Shown here: positions 10,347 through 19,747 of the stretch, piece after piece
Numbering within the stretch: position 1 is the stretch's first letter
Layout: the number at the start of each line of letters is the position of its first letter
From: Elusimicrobiota bacterium
Lineage (GTDB): Bacteria; CAYTYR01; UBA6262
Length of the DNA stretch: 64,000 nt
Direction: 5' to 3'
Assembly (NCBI GenBank): GCA_003153935.1
Contig: PMCA01000027.1
Coordinates: forward strand, 9,405-73,404
Translations under genes and position numbers: made by a program
Notes under the pieces: model-generated
Told to the model about the DNA's origin: nothing
The model's database searches: none
What the model saw: the letters and a program-made list of their open reading frames with translations, nothing else

Positions 10347-11126
10347 TTAAGCGGCCGCTTTACCGGTCATAAAGAAATCCTGGCAGTTCAGCGGATAGCC
10401 CAACAGGTAATTAAAATATTTTTCCAGATACTTCTTAATAGCCACCCGGGAATCCGGAATGATGTCCAACCCCGTGATTCCGGACAGATCGCAATTTTGT
10501 AAACGGATCAGAGAACGAAAATCCGGCCCCATCATCTTATCCACTTCTCCGGACCTAGACAGGCAATCCGGGCAGACCAGGCCGCCGTTGAGTAAGCTAA
10601 GATAAACCGCCTCATCCGGATGTCCGGCCTGGCTATGGCAAAACACGCAATCCTGCAGTGCCAGGCGGTAACCGCTCATATCCAGTACCTGCACGGCGAA
10701 CCAATCCCAGAGCAGCAGGTAATTATCGCGGGTCTTGAGCTCTCCTGTTTCCATCAAGCTGAAACACTTGCCCAGTAAGTTGAAGATATCTTCATTGGCC
10801 TGGTTATATTCGCTAAGCTGGTCCACCAACTCTAACAGGTAAGACGCCATGCTATATTTGAAAAAACTTTCCCGCAGGGAATAAAAAGGATGCAAAACCT
10901 GGCAACCGGTTACTTTAGCCAGGTCGCGGTCCGTCTTGTTGAACAGCATCACCTGGTTATGGGTGAACATCTCCAAGCTGGCGCCGTACCTGGTTTTGAC
11001 TTTGCGCAAACCCTTGGCGACCGCCTGCATTTTGCCGTGTTCACGGGTAAACAGCGTGATCAGCTTGTCGGCTTCGCGCAAATTCTTGGTTTTCAGCACT
11101 ATGGCTTCGGTCCGGGTAAATCCCAT
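10347..11126 (-). CDS. recO: DNA repair protein RecO
   Basis: EAIVLK..LREADKLITLFTREHGK OB-fold start, Zn finger CVFC...CPDC; recO-glyQS synteny. Confidence 0.93.
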   Translation of the reverse strand: MGFTRTEAIVLKTKNLREADKLITLFTREHGKMQAVAKGLRKVKTRYGASLEMFTHNQVMLFNKTDRDLAKVTGCQVLHPFYSLRESFFKYSMASYLLELVDQLSEYNQANEDIFNLLGKCFSLMETGELKTRDNYLLLWDWFAVQVLDMSGYRLALQDCVFCHSQAGHPDEAVYLSLLNGGLVCPDCLSRSGEVDKMMGPDFRSLIRLQNCDLSGITGLDIIPDSRVAIKKYLEKYFNYLLGYPLNCQDFFMTGKAAA

Positions 11127-11142
11127 ATTCGCTCCAAAGAAT

Positions 11143-11221
11143 AGTTTTAAGTTTAAAGTGATAAGTTTTAAGTTATGGTATTTCGCATTAATTTATCACT
11201 TAACACTTACAACTTAACACT
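11143..11221. repeat. Heptamer-armed inverted repeat element A
   Basis: AGTTTTA AGTTTAA AGTGATA AGTTTTA AGTTATG, spacer, TATCACT TAACACT TACAACT TAACACT. Confidence 0.85.
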
Positions 11222-11239
11222 GTATTATCTTTCATGCAA

Positions 11240-12502
11240 TCAGCCGGTAAAAGTAACGATCACCAGTATCACCGATAACAATATCAGTGCCGCCGTGGTC
11301 ACCCAGGCGATAAAATTATATACCGGTCCGTTCGTGTACAAGCCCATGACCCGGCGGTCGTTGATCAGCAGCATCATGAAGATCAGGATCACCGGCAGCA
11401 AGATCCCGTTAATGGCCTGCGACATGATCATGATCGTGATCAGTGGTGCTTTCGGCCATAATATGAAGGCGGCGCCGGCTACGATCATCATCGTATAAAT
11501 GGAAATGAATTCAGGTGCCTGCTTGAAATTACGATCCACGCCTTTTTCCCAGCCGAACGCCTCGCAAACGGCATAAGCCGTGGACAAGGGTATGATGCAG
11601 GCCGAGAACAAGCCGGCGATGAACAGGCCAAGCGCAAACAGGACGGAAGCATACTTACCGGCCAGTGGCGCTAGCGCTACCGCCGCGTCCGCCGCGTTCT
11701 CGATCGGTATATGGTGGACGAACAAAGTGCCGGCGCAGGCGATGATGATAAAAAAAGCGACGATATCGGTGACCAGAGTGCCGAAAATAATATCCACTTT
11801 TTCATAAAAATAGTCTTTCACTTTAAGCTTCTTATCCACTACCGCGGCCTGCTGGTAGAATTGCATCCAGGGAGCGATGGTCGTGCCGATCACAGCGATG
11901 GCCAGGATAATGAAATTCTTGTCCAGCTGTATCGTAGGCACCGTCATGCTCTTGAGCGCCAGTCCCCAATGCGGCTTGGCCATAAATCCGGAGATAACAT
12001 AAGTAATATACATTCCGCAAGCAACGAGAAATATCTTCTCCACCGTCTTATAGGTGCCTTTCAGGATCAGGTACCAGACCACGAAAGCCGCTACGGGTAC
12101 GGAGATATAGCGGCTGATGCCGAAGATCTCCAGACTGGCCGCCACCCCGGCGAAATCGCCAACGGTATTGGCCAGGTTGGCGATAACCAGGATGATCATG
12201 GCAAAAAAAGTGATCCGGAAGCCAAAAGCACCGCGGATCAAAGCCGCCAGGCCTTTCTTGGTAACGATACCCATGCGCGCGCACATCTCCTGTACCAGGT
12301 ACAGGCAAACCGCGATCAAAGGCAGCAGCCACAGCATGGCATAGCCATAATGGGCGCCACAGACCGAATAAGTGGTAATGCCGTTAGCGTCATTATCCAC
12401 GCTGGCGGTAATGATCCCCGGACCCATCACGGCCAGGAAAATAGCCATCTTGGTCTTAAAATTTAACCATCTGTTGGGTTGGCCGGCAGTCTGCTGTTCC
12501 AC
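11240..12502 (-). CDS. NRAMP-related divalent metal (probably Mg2+, NrmT-like) transporter
   Basis: GPGIITASVDNDANGITTYS (TM1), QEMCARMGIVT, IGTTIAPWMQFY; about 11 hydrophobic segments; GTG start. Confidence 0.85.
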   Translation of the reverse strand: MEQQTAGQPNRWLNFKTKMAIFLAVMGPGIITASVDNDANGITTYSVCGAHYGYAMLWLLPLIAVCLYLVQEMCARMGIVTKKGLAALIRGAFGFRITFFAMIILVIANLANTVGDFAGVAASLEIFGISRYISVPVAAFVVWYLILKGTYKTVEKIFLVACGMYITYVISGFMAKPHWGLALKSMTVPTIQLDKNFIILAIAVIGTTIAPWMQFYQQAAVVDKKLKVKDYFYEKVDIIFGTLVTDIVAFFIIIACAGTLFVHHIPIENAADAAVALAPLAGKYASVLFALGLFIAGLFSACIIPLSTAYAVCEAFGWEKGVDRNFKQAPEFISIYTMMIVAGAAFILWPKAPLITIMIMSQAINGILLPVILIFMMLLINDRRVMGLYTNGPVYNFIAWVTTAALILLSVILVIVTFTG

Positions 12503-12517
12503 TATGATCCCTTGGCG

Positions 12518-13120
12518 TTAAAGATTATATAGATTCTTGACCAGTTTTTTGGAAATATCCAGTTTCAGGTAACGCATGCGTTTATCGTATTGCTTGACAT
12601 GGTCCCACATGATAATGTTCTCTACGATCTTCTTGCGGAATAAATTAACCAGTTTGAAGATCTCGCGTTCCGGCCCCAGGCGCAACAGCATGCTGTTGAT
12701 ATCCGCCTGGATACCGATGATCCGCAGCTTGCCTTTTTGGATGCGCAGCACCACGTCATTAACCCGGAAAAGATGTTTGCCGTAGCGGTCGACGATCTCT
12801 TCATCCATGATATCACGGTAAACAAAAAGCTCGTTATGCTCCACCGTGCCCGGGACGATTTCTTCCATAAAAACGCTCAGGTAGATGGCTTTCTTGGAAA
12901 GACAGGCCACGTCCTCCCACGGTATGACCAGCAGCTCCCGGTTCTTGAACGGGTTCAGGCCCCGCCGCCGGCTAGCCACGATCACGACCAGGTTCTTGAT
13001 CGGAGGAAACTCCTCTCCCATCAGGATAGTCAGGTCCTTGATCTTACCCACCGCAATATTGCCGGCGCTGATCACCGGCTTGCCGACAAAATCTTTATAA
13101 AAGCTATAGGGATTTTTCAC
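12518..13120 (-). CDS. PRC-barrel-like protein resembling the N-terminal part of MgtE-associated cytoplasmic proteins
   Basis: VGKPV..AVGKIKDL, RDIMDEEIVDRYGKHLFRVNDV; adjacent to the NRAMP-related transporter. Confidence 0.6.
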   Translation of the reverse strand: MKNPYSFYKDFVGKPVISAGNIAVGKIKDLTILMGEEFPPIKNLVVIVASRRRGLNPFKNRELLVIPWEDVACLSKKAIYLSVFMEEIVPGTVEHNELFVYRDIMDEEIVDRYGKHLFRVNDVVLRIQKGKLRIIGIQADINSMLLRLGPEREIFKLVNLFRKKIVENIIMWDHVKQYDKRMRYLKLDISKKLVKNLYNL

Positions 13121-14367
13121 TGTTCCTTCCGTATGGTCAATTTGATGATCCGCCGGCGGTTGGCCTCCACGATGACGAATTTCAGGTCCTTGTACTTTAT
13201 CTCCTCATCCTTGCGCGGCACCCGGCCCAGCAGGTCCACGACAAATCCGCTGACTGTGTTAAAATCCTCGCTCGGCAGGTTTATTTTCAATTTTTCATTG
13301 AGTTCATAAATATTCATTTTGCCATCTATTTGCATGGATCCGTCACTGAGTGGTTCCACGCCTAGGTCCTCCAGTTCGTATTCCTCCAGAATATCACCGA
13401 CGATCTGTTCCACCAGGTCTTCAACGGTCACCAGGCCGCTGGGTACGCCGTATTCGTCCACGGCAATGGCCAGGTGCAGGCGGCCCTTTTGCATCTGGCG
13501 CAGCAGCTTGTTCACTTTTTTCGTCTCCGGTACGAAATAGACCGGCCGCAGCAGGTCCTGTATAATGATCAGCTCATTGCAGCGCCAGGCGCCCAGCAGG
13601 TCCTTGACATGGATAACGCCGATAATATTGTCCAGCGTTTCTTTATAGATAGGCACCCGGGAATAGCCGGTTTCCACCACCGCGTCGATAAATTTTTCCT
13701 TGTCCAGGTTGATATCCACGCATTCCATGTCGATGCGCGGGATCATGATCGTCTTTACGACCTTATCGCCGAATTCCAGCACGCTGTGGATCATTTCCTT
13801 CTGTTCTTTTTCCAGTACGCCCTCGCGTACGCCCTCCGAAACCAGAAAGCGAATCTCCTCATCTTTGTCTAAGGGCTCGTCCTGCTTGATATTGCCGCCC
13901 AGAAATTTAACGATGGGATTGGTGATAAATATCATGGCTTTGATCAACGGGGACAGCAGGTAATGAACTATCAACAACAGGTCAATGGTCCAGGTGCTCA
14001 CCGCCTCCGGAGAATGCTTGGCCACAGTCTTGGGAATTATTTCCCCCAGGATGAGAATGATAAAAGTTATAAATACCGTAGAGATAACCGCCGCCCAACC
14101 CTCGGTCATATGATGGTTATTGGCAAAATCTACCGCCACGTAAGTAGCCAGCGCCGCGGCGGAAAGATTGACGATGGTATTGCCCACCAGTACCGCCGCC
14201 AGAAGTTTATTGGGATGATCGGCCCACATCTGCAGCGATTTCAATTTCTTTTCTTCTATTAACGACTTTATCGCAAACCGGTCCAGACTGGTCAAAGCCG
14301 TTTCCGTAGCAGCGAAAAAGAAACTGGCCAGGATAAGGATCGCTAAGACGATTAAGCTAATAAACAT
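13117..14367 (-). CDS. HlyC/CorC (CNNM) family protein: DUF21 + 2 CBS + CorC domain
   Basis: FFAATETALTS, ILGEIIPKT, IMIPR, GYSRVPIY, VDEYG..GLVTVEDLVEQIVGDI. Confidence 0.93.
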   Translation of the reverse strand: MFISLIVLAILILASFFFAATETALTSLDRFAIKSLIEEKKLKSLQMWADHPNKLLAAVLVGNTIVNLSAAALATYVAVDFANNHHMTEGWAAVISTVFITFIILILGEIIPKTVAKHSPEAVSTWTIDLLLIVHYLLSPLIKAMIFITNPIVKFLGGNIKQDEPLDKDEEIRFLVSEGVREGVLEKEQKEMIHSVLEFGDKVVKTIMIPRIDMECVDINLDKEKFIDAVVETGYSRVPIYKETLDNIIGVIHVKDLLGAWRCNELIIIQDLLRPVYFVPETKKVNKLLRQMQKGRLHLAIAVDEYGVPSGLVTVEDLVEQIVGDILEEYELEDLGVEPLSDGSMQIDGKMNIYELNEKLKINLPSEDFNTVSGFVVDLLGRVPRKDEEIKYKDLKFVIVEANRRRIIKLTIRKEQ

Positions 14368-14409
14368 AATACCCCTTAAAGATAATTATGAATAACTCAA
14401 AACTTTTAT

Positions 14410-15117
14410 TCAAAGCGGGCTCATCATCCGGAAAATGAACAAGGTTACGACCATGCCGATGATCGCGCCTCCGGCCACTTCCCACCAGGTGTGGATCCTG
14501 GCCCGTACCCGGCTGTGCGCCACCATGAAAGCCAGGATGAACACGAACAAGGCGATAAAACTGTTCTGGGTCATTAACGACACTGCCGTGCAAACGCCGA
14601 AGGCAAAAGCGCTATGGCCGCTGGGCATACCGCCCCAGAGCGGCCGGCCCTTGCCGAAATAGGCTTTGGCGATGATCACGGTTATAAAAATGATCACCAG
14701 GCAGGTGATCATGATGTATTCCGGTACCGCCTTGATCCTTAAAATGACCGGTATCATGTTCGTGCCCAAATAGCGCTTGCCGAAGATCAGATAGGACACG
14801 ACGATGGCGTTGGCCGAGGCGAAGAACACGGCACCGGCGGCGATATCCTTGGCCAGACGGGCCGCCGGGTGATAAGTATCGGTGACCAGATTAACCAGGG
14901 CTTCGATGGCCGTGTTGAACATTTCCGCCAGCAAGACCAGCATGATGGTGATCGCCAGCATGACCCACTCGATCCGGTCCAAGCGCACAAATAAACTGAA
15001 AAAGAAGACAAAAGCCGCCAGCCCCAAGTGGATGCGCATATTGCGCTGGGTTTTGGCCACATAGATTATGCCTTCGATAGCAGCGTTGAAACTTTCCATG
15101 ACATTGCGTGATTTCAT
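14410..15117 (-). CDS. dgkA: Diacylglycerol/undecaprenol kinase fused to a PAP2 phosphatase domain
   Basis: QRNMRIH, AEMFNTAIE, AKDIAAGAV; C-terminal GMPSGHSA...SRV...IH. Confidence 0.9.
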   Translation of the reverse strand: MKSRNVMESFNAAIEGIIYVAKTQRNMRIHLGLAAFVFFFSLFVRLDRIEWVMLAITIMLVLLAEMFNTAIEALVNLVTDTYHPAARLAKDIAAGAVFFASANAIVVSYLIFGKRYLGTNMIPVILRIKAVPEYIMITCLVIIFITVIIAKAYFGKGRPLWGGMPSGHSAFAFGVCTAVSLMTQNSFIALFVFILAFMVAHSRVRARIHTWWEVAGGAIIGMVVTLFIFRMMSPL

Positions 15118-15530
15118 TTATTCCCCAATACGGCTTTAAGTACTTTTTTTTCTTCCGCGCGCATTTTCTTTCTGGCCGCCGCTTTCAGGTCGTCGTAACC
15201 CAACAGGTGCAGTATCCCGTGGGTAGTTAAGAGAGCGATCTCTTCCCGGTAGGAATGCCCGTATTCCCGGGCCTGGCGTCTGGCGGTGCCGGTGCAGACA
15301 AAAACATCACCCAGTGCCACCACCGGCAAGTCGCTCTCCCGCTCGACCGGACTGGCGATAACATCAGTGGCGTAATCCCGTTTAAAGAACTGCCGGTTGA
15401 GCCGGATCATCTCCCGCTCACCGACGAAATAAAGACCCAGCTGGTATTCTTTGCTACGCGGCAGATAATGTCCGATGATATGCGCGGCTATTTTTCTGAC
15501 CAGCGGATAAGGAACCGTCGTTCTTTTCAC
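15114..15530 (-). CDS. ybeY: rRNA maturation factor YbeY
   Basis: LNRQF..RDYATDVI, LGDVFV, HGILHLLGYD; phoH-HD-ybeY-dgkA synteny. Confidence 0.9.
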   Translation of the reverse strand: MKRTTVPYPLVRKIAAHIIGHYLPRSKEYQLGLYFVGEREMIRLNRQFFKRDYATDVIASPVERESDLPVVALGDVFVCTGTARRQAREYGHSYREEIALLTTHGILHLLGYDDLKAAARKKMRAEEKKVLKAVLGNK

Positions 15531-17002
15531 TTGGTTTCACGGCCTTCAGTGGGATATTCGACCCGGCTGTGGAACATGCCGCTGAGTATATGAGAAAATT
15601 GCTCGCCGATAATATGCAGGTCTTTCAGGCTGAGATCGCATTCTTCCAGCTGGCCGTCAACGAACTTGTTATTGATAATGCGGGTCACCAGCTCCTGCAC
15701 ATGCGCGTAACTGGGATCTTCCAGGGTGCGCGAAGCCGCTTCCACCGCGTCCGCCAGCAGGATGATAGCCGCTTCCCGGCTCTGCGGCTTGGGACCCGGA
15801 TAACGGAATTGCTCTTTGGTGGCTTCCGTATCCTCCTCCAGCGCCCGCTGATAGAAAAAATATACCAGGCTGGTGCCGTGATGCTGCTCGATGATATCGA
15901 TGATCTCCTGGCTTATCTTGTATTGCGCGGCCAGTTCCACCCCTTCTTTGACGTGGGAAAGCACGATCAGGCTGCTCATGCTGGGAGATAGGTCATCATG
16001 ACGGTTGTAGCTGTCCTGGTTCTCAATATAATATTCCGGCTTGGCCAACTTGCCGATATCGTGGTAGTAGCCCCCGACCCGGGCCAGAAGGGAATTGGAA
16101 CCGATAGCCGCCGCGGCGCTCTGGGCCAGGTTGCCCACCAGCAAGCAGTGGTGATAGGTCCCCGGGGCCTCAACCATCAGGCGTTTCAACAAGGGCTGGT
16201 TCAAGTCGGACAGTTCCAGTAATTTAATATTGGAGGAAATGCCGAACATATGTTCGAAATACGGCAGGAAACCGATGCTCAGGATACCGCATAAAAAGCC
16301 GTTGGCGATACCCCAGAGGCAATTATAGGCGATGACCTCCATCCTGGTAATCTGCAGTAAGGCCGAGAAACAGATTATACCGACGGCGTTGGCCACGCTG
16401 ATCAATAGTCCCGAGCGGATCAGGTCCGAGCGCTGTTGCACGCTGGAGGCGCTGAAAATACCCACCAGGCCGCCGATCAATTGGACGGTAAAAAGGTTAA
16501 GATCGTTATGATAGATGACACCGATCATGATGTCCAGCACCACCGTCATCAGTATGGCCAGGTCGATATCCACCAGGATGGTCATCAGGATCGAAACCAT
16601 GCCCAGCGGTATCAGGTAACCGCTTAAATGCATCTCCTGAAAGATCTTGGCCAGGGCGATGATCAGGATGCTGACCGATTCCAGGATGATCAGGTCGTTA
16701 TTGGATTCAAAAATATGGCGGGCGTAGCGGTATAAGTAAGCTCCCAGCAGGATAATGAAGCCCAGGCTGATCACTATATATCCGGAAACAAGACGCAGGG
16801 TGATGATCTCGAAACTGGACATGATGATCAGGACCGCCAGGAAAGTGAACAGCACGAACAGCCAGCGCGGCGCCGCCAGGGAAGACTGAAAAATACTCTT
16901 ACCCTCCCCGGTCAGATGCCTCTGCCGGTGTTCGTAGCGCCGGCTTATTTTCAACATCAGTACCAACATTTTCCTTATGGATCTCTGCAAGCGGGCTATC
17001 AT
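15527..17002 (-). CDS. 7TM-HDIG phosphohydrolase (PgpH-like cyclic-di-AMP phosphodiesterase family)
   Basis: Multiple TM helices, then APGTYHH, YYHDIGK, EQHHGT, FRYPGPKPQ, LADAVEAASR. Confidence 0.88.
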   Translation of the reverse strand: MIARLQRSIRKMLVLMLKISRRYEHRQRHLTGEGKSIFQSSLAAPRWLFVLFTFLAVLIIMSSFEIITLRLVSGYIVISLGFIILLGAYLYRYARHIFESNNDLIILESVSILIIALAKIFQEMHLSGYLIPLGMVSILMTILVDIDLAILMTVVLDIMIGVIYHNDLNLFTVQLIGGLVGIFSASSVQQRSDLIRSGLLISVANAVGIICFSALLQITRMEVIAYNCLWGIANGFLCGILSIGFLPYFEHMFGISSNIKLLELSDLNQPLLKRLMVEAPGTYHHCLLVGNLAQSAAAAIGSNSLLARVGGYYHDIGKLAKPEYYIENQDSYNRHDDLSPSMSSLIVLSHVKEGVELAAQYKISQEIIDIIEQHHGTSLVYFFYQRALEEDTEATKEQFRYPGPKPQSREAAIILLADAVEAASRTLEDPSYAHVQELVTRIINNKFVDGQLEECDLSLKDLHIIGEQFSHILSGMFHSRVEYPTEGRETK

Positions 17003-17988
17003 TTGGCCCCCTTAAATCCCGAGCCTTCGTATTCTTCATAAGCTTTTATGATCTTCTTGACCAGCTGGTGGCGCACCACGTCGCGGCCAGTGAAGTAAAT
17101 GAATTTAATACCGCTGATGCCTTTGAGAATATGGCTGATCTGCACCAAGCCGCTCATCTTCTTATTCTGCAGGTCTATCTGGGTAACGTCGCCGACAATG
17201 ACCGTGGTTGTTTCAAAACCTAACCGGGTCAGGAACATCTTCATCTGCTCCGGGTTGGTATTCTGGGCTTCATCCAGTACGATAAAAGCGTCATTCAGTG
17301 TGCGCCCGCGCATATAAGCCAGCGGCACGATCTCGATCACGCCCTCGTCCCGCAGGTGATGGAACTCCTCCGCGCCCATGATCTCATAAAAGGCGTCATA
17401 CAGGGGCCTCAGATAAGGGTCCACTTTTTCGTACAGGTCCCCCGGCAGGAATCCAAGCTTCTCCCCGGCCTCCACCACCGGCCGGGTCAAAACAATGCGG
17501 TTGGCCTCCTGAGCGCGTAAAGCGGCGACCGCCATGGCTACGGCCAGGTAAGTCTTGCCGGTGCCGGCCGGGCCGATACCGAATACCAGGTCGTATTTTT
17601 TCATGGCCTTGATATATTTTTTCTGGGTCTGGCTGCGGGCGGTGATCTTCTTGCCCTTGATCGTATAGCAGACCGCTTCCTTATCAACTTCACCGGCTTC
17701 GCCCGGCTTGGCTTCCACTGCCGCGGCCTGGTAGAGCGGATTTTGCAGCATACCGCGGACGCCCTTGCGGTCGACCCGGTAGCCGCGGCGGATCTGATCG
17801 GTCAATTCCTGGATCATCCGATAGGCCTGGCTGACCTTGGCTTTGTTGCCCTTGATCATCAGGGTATTGCCGTAAGTGACCAGGTTAACGTCGAACTCGT
17901 TCTCGACCATGCGCAGGTTCTCGTCATGCGGACCGAAAACGTTCAGCATTTCCTCATTATCCTGTAAATATATCGTTTTAGTAACCAT
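16999..17988 (-). CDS. phoH: PhoH-family ATPase (YbeZ)
   Basis: GPAGTGKTYLA, RPVVEAGEKLGFLPGDL, AYMRGRTL, DEAQN. Confidence 0.95.
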   Translation of the reverse strand: MVTKTIYLQDNEEMLNVFGPHDENLRMVENEFDVNLVTYGNTLMIKGNKAKVSQAYRMIQELTDQIRRGYRVDRKGVRGMLQNPLYQAAAVEAKPGEAGEVDKEAVCYTIKGKKITARSQTQKKYIKAMKKYDLVFGIGPAGTGKTYLAVAMAVAALRAQEANRIVLTRPVVEAGEKLGFLPGDLYEKVDPYLRPLYDAFYEIMGAEEFHHLRDEGVIEIVPLAYMRGRTLNDAFIVLDEAQNTNPEQMKMFLTRLGFETTTVIVGDVTQIDLQNKKMSGLVQISHILKGISGIKFIYFTGRDVVRHQLVKKIIKAYEEYEGSGFKGAK

Positions 17989-17989
17989 A

Positions 17990-19747
17990 TTACCTCAGTT
18001 TGATATGCAGCTCGCGCAGTTGTTTCTCGCCCACCTGTCCGGGGGCGTCGGTCATCAGGTCCACCGCTTTTTGCGTTTTCGGGAAGGCGATCACTTCCCT
18101 GATAGAATCCTCGCCCAGCATGATGGTAGTCAGGCGGTCCAGCCCCGGAGCGATCCCGCCGTGGGGCGGCGCGCCGTATTCAAAAGCTTCCAGCAGGAAG
18201 CCGAACTTCTCCTTGGCCTCTTCCGGACCGATACCCAGGGTGGAGAAAATCTTCTCCTGTATCTCCTTGCGGTGGATACGGATACTGCCCGAGGCGATCT
18301 CGGTTCCGTTCAGGACCAGGTCATAGGACTGGGAACGCATCTGGCCGGGATCGGTATCAAAATATTCCACATCGTCGTAATTCGGCGCGGTAAACGGATG
18401 GTGCTCGCTTTCCCAGCGTTTCTCTTCCGCGTTATACTGGAAGAGCGGGAAATCCACCACCCAGGAAAAATTGAATTCTTTTTTATTGATCAGGTTGAGT
18501 TTGTCTCCCAGGTAGGAACGTAAACGACCCAGGCTCTCGGCCACCACTTTGGGCGCGTCAGCGATGATCAGGATCATGTCGCCGTCTTTGGCTCCCATCA
18601 GCTCTTTGATGCTGTTCAGGACTTCCGCCTTAAAGAATTTCGCGATTGGTGATTCTATCGTCCCGTTATTTATCTTGAACCAGGCCAGACCTTTGGCGCC
18701 GAATTCATTGGCTAATTTAGTCAGGTCGTCGATCTCCTTGCGCGAATAGCCGGCGATACCGGGCACACAGATGGCTTTGACCACGCCCTGGTTCTTTATT
18801 ATCTCGGCAAACACTTTAAAATCCGCCGTAGCCACCAAGCTGGAAATATCCTTAAACTCCAGTCCGAACCGCAGATCGGGCTTGTCACTGCCGTATTTAT
18901 CTTTGGCTTCTTTATAGGTCAGACGCGGGAACGGGGTCTTTAGATCGATGGACAGTGTTTTCTTGAACACTTCTGTCATCAGGCCTTCGCACAAGGCGAA
19001 GATATCTTCCTGATCAACGAAAGACATCTCCATGTCTATCTGCGTGTGCTCCGGCTGGCGATCCGCCCGCAGGTCCTCGTCGCGGAAACATTTGGCGATC
19101 TGAAAATATTTCTCCATCCCCGCCACCATCAATAATTGCTTGAATAATTGCGGTGACTGGGGCAAGGCGAAGAAATTACCCGGGTGCACCCGTGACGGCA
19201 CCAGGTAGTCGCGGGCCCCTTCCGGCGTGGATTTAGTCAGGATCGGCGTTTCGACTTCGATAAAACCCTGGCCGTCCAGGTAATCCCGGATCACTTTTAC
19301 CGTGCGGTAGCGGAACATTATATTCTTTTTCATCCGCGGGCGGCGCAGGTCCAGGTAGCGGTATTTCAGGCGCACCTCCTCGCTGATCTCCGTCTCATCA
19401 GCTATTTCGAAAGGCAAGGTCTTGGCCGGGTTCAGCACTTCCAGCCCGGAGGCGGCCACTTCGATCTCGCCGGTAGGCAATTTAGGGTTTTCCGTGCCGG
19501 CCGGGCGCTGGCCCACTTTACCGGATATATTGACCACGAATTCACTGCGCAGTTTTTCCGCTTCCTGGAAAATATCCGCGCTCATCTGCTGGGGATTGAA
19601 AACTATCTGGGTCAAACCCTCCCGGTCACGCAGGTCAAAAAAGATCAACCCTCCATGATCGCGCCGGCTGTGTATCCAGCCGACCAGTTTTACTTCCTTA
19701 TTCACATCCGTCTTACGCAATTGTCCGCAATTATGAGTCCTGATCAC
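17990..19747 (-). CDS. aspS: Aspartate--tRNA ligase (likely non-discriminating Asp/Asn)
   Basis: RRDHGG, STPEGARDYLVPSR, CFRDEDLRADRQPE, GAPPHGG. Confidence 0.97.
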   Translation of the reverse strand: MIRTHNCGQLRKTDVNKEVKLVGWIHSRRDHGGLIFFDLRDREGLTQIVFNPQQMSADIFQEAEKLRSEFVVNISGKVGQRPAGTENPKLPTGEIEVAASGLEVLNPAKTLPFEIADETEISEEVRLKYRYLDLRRPRMKKNIMFRYRTVKVIRDYLDGQGFIEVETPILTKSTPEGARDYLVPSRVHPGNFFALPQSPQLFKQLLMVAGMEKYFQIAKCFRDEDLRADRQPEHTQIDMEMSFVDQEDIFALCEGLMTEVFKKTLSIDLKTPFPRLTYKEAKDKYGSDKPDLRFGLEFKDISSLVATADFKVFAEIIKNQGVVKAICVPGIAGYSRKEIDDLTKLANEFGAKGLAWFKINNGTIESPIAKFFKAEVLNSIKELMGAKDGDMILIIADAPKVVAESLGRLRSYLGDKLNLINKKEFNFSWVVDFPLFQYNAEEKRWESEHHPFTAPNYDDVEYFDTDPGQMRSQSYDLVLNGTEIASGSIRIHRKEIQEKIFSTLGIGPEEAKEKFGFLLEAFEYGAPPHGGIAPGLDRLTTIMLGEDSIREVIAFPKTQKAVDLMTDAPGQVGEKQLRELHIKLR

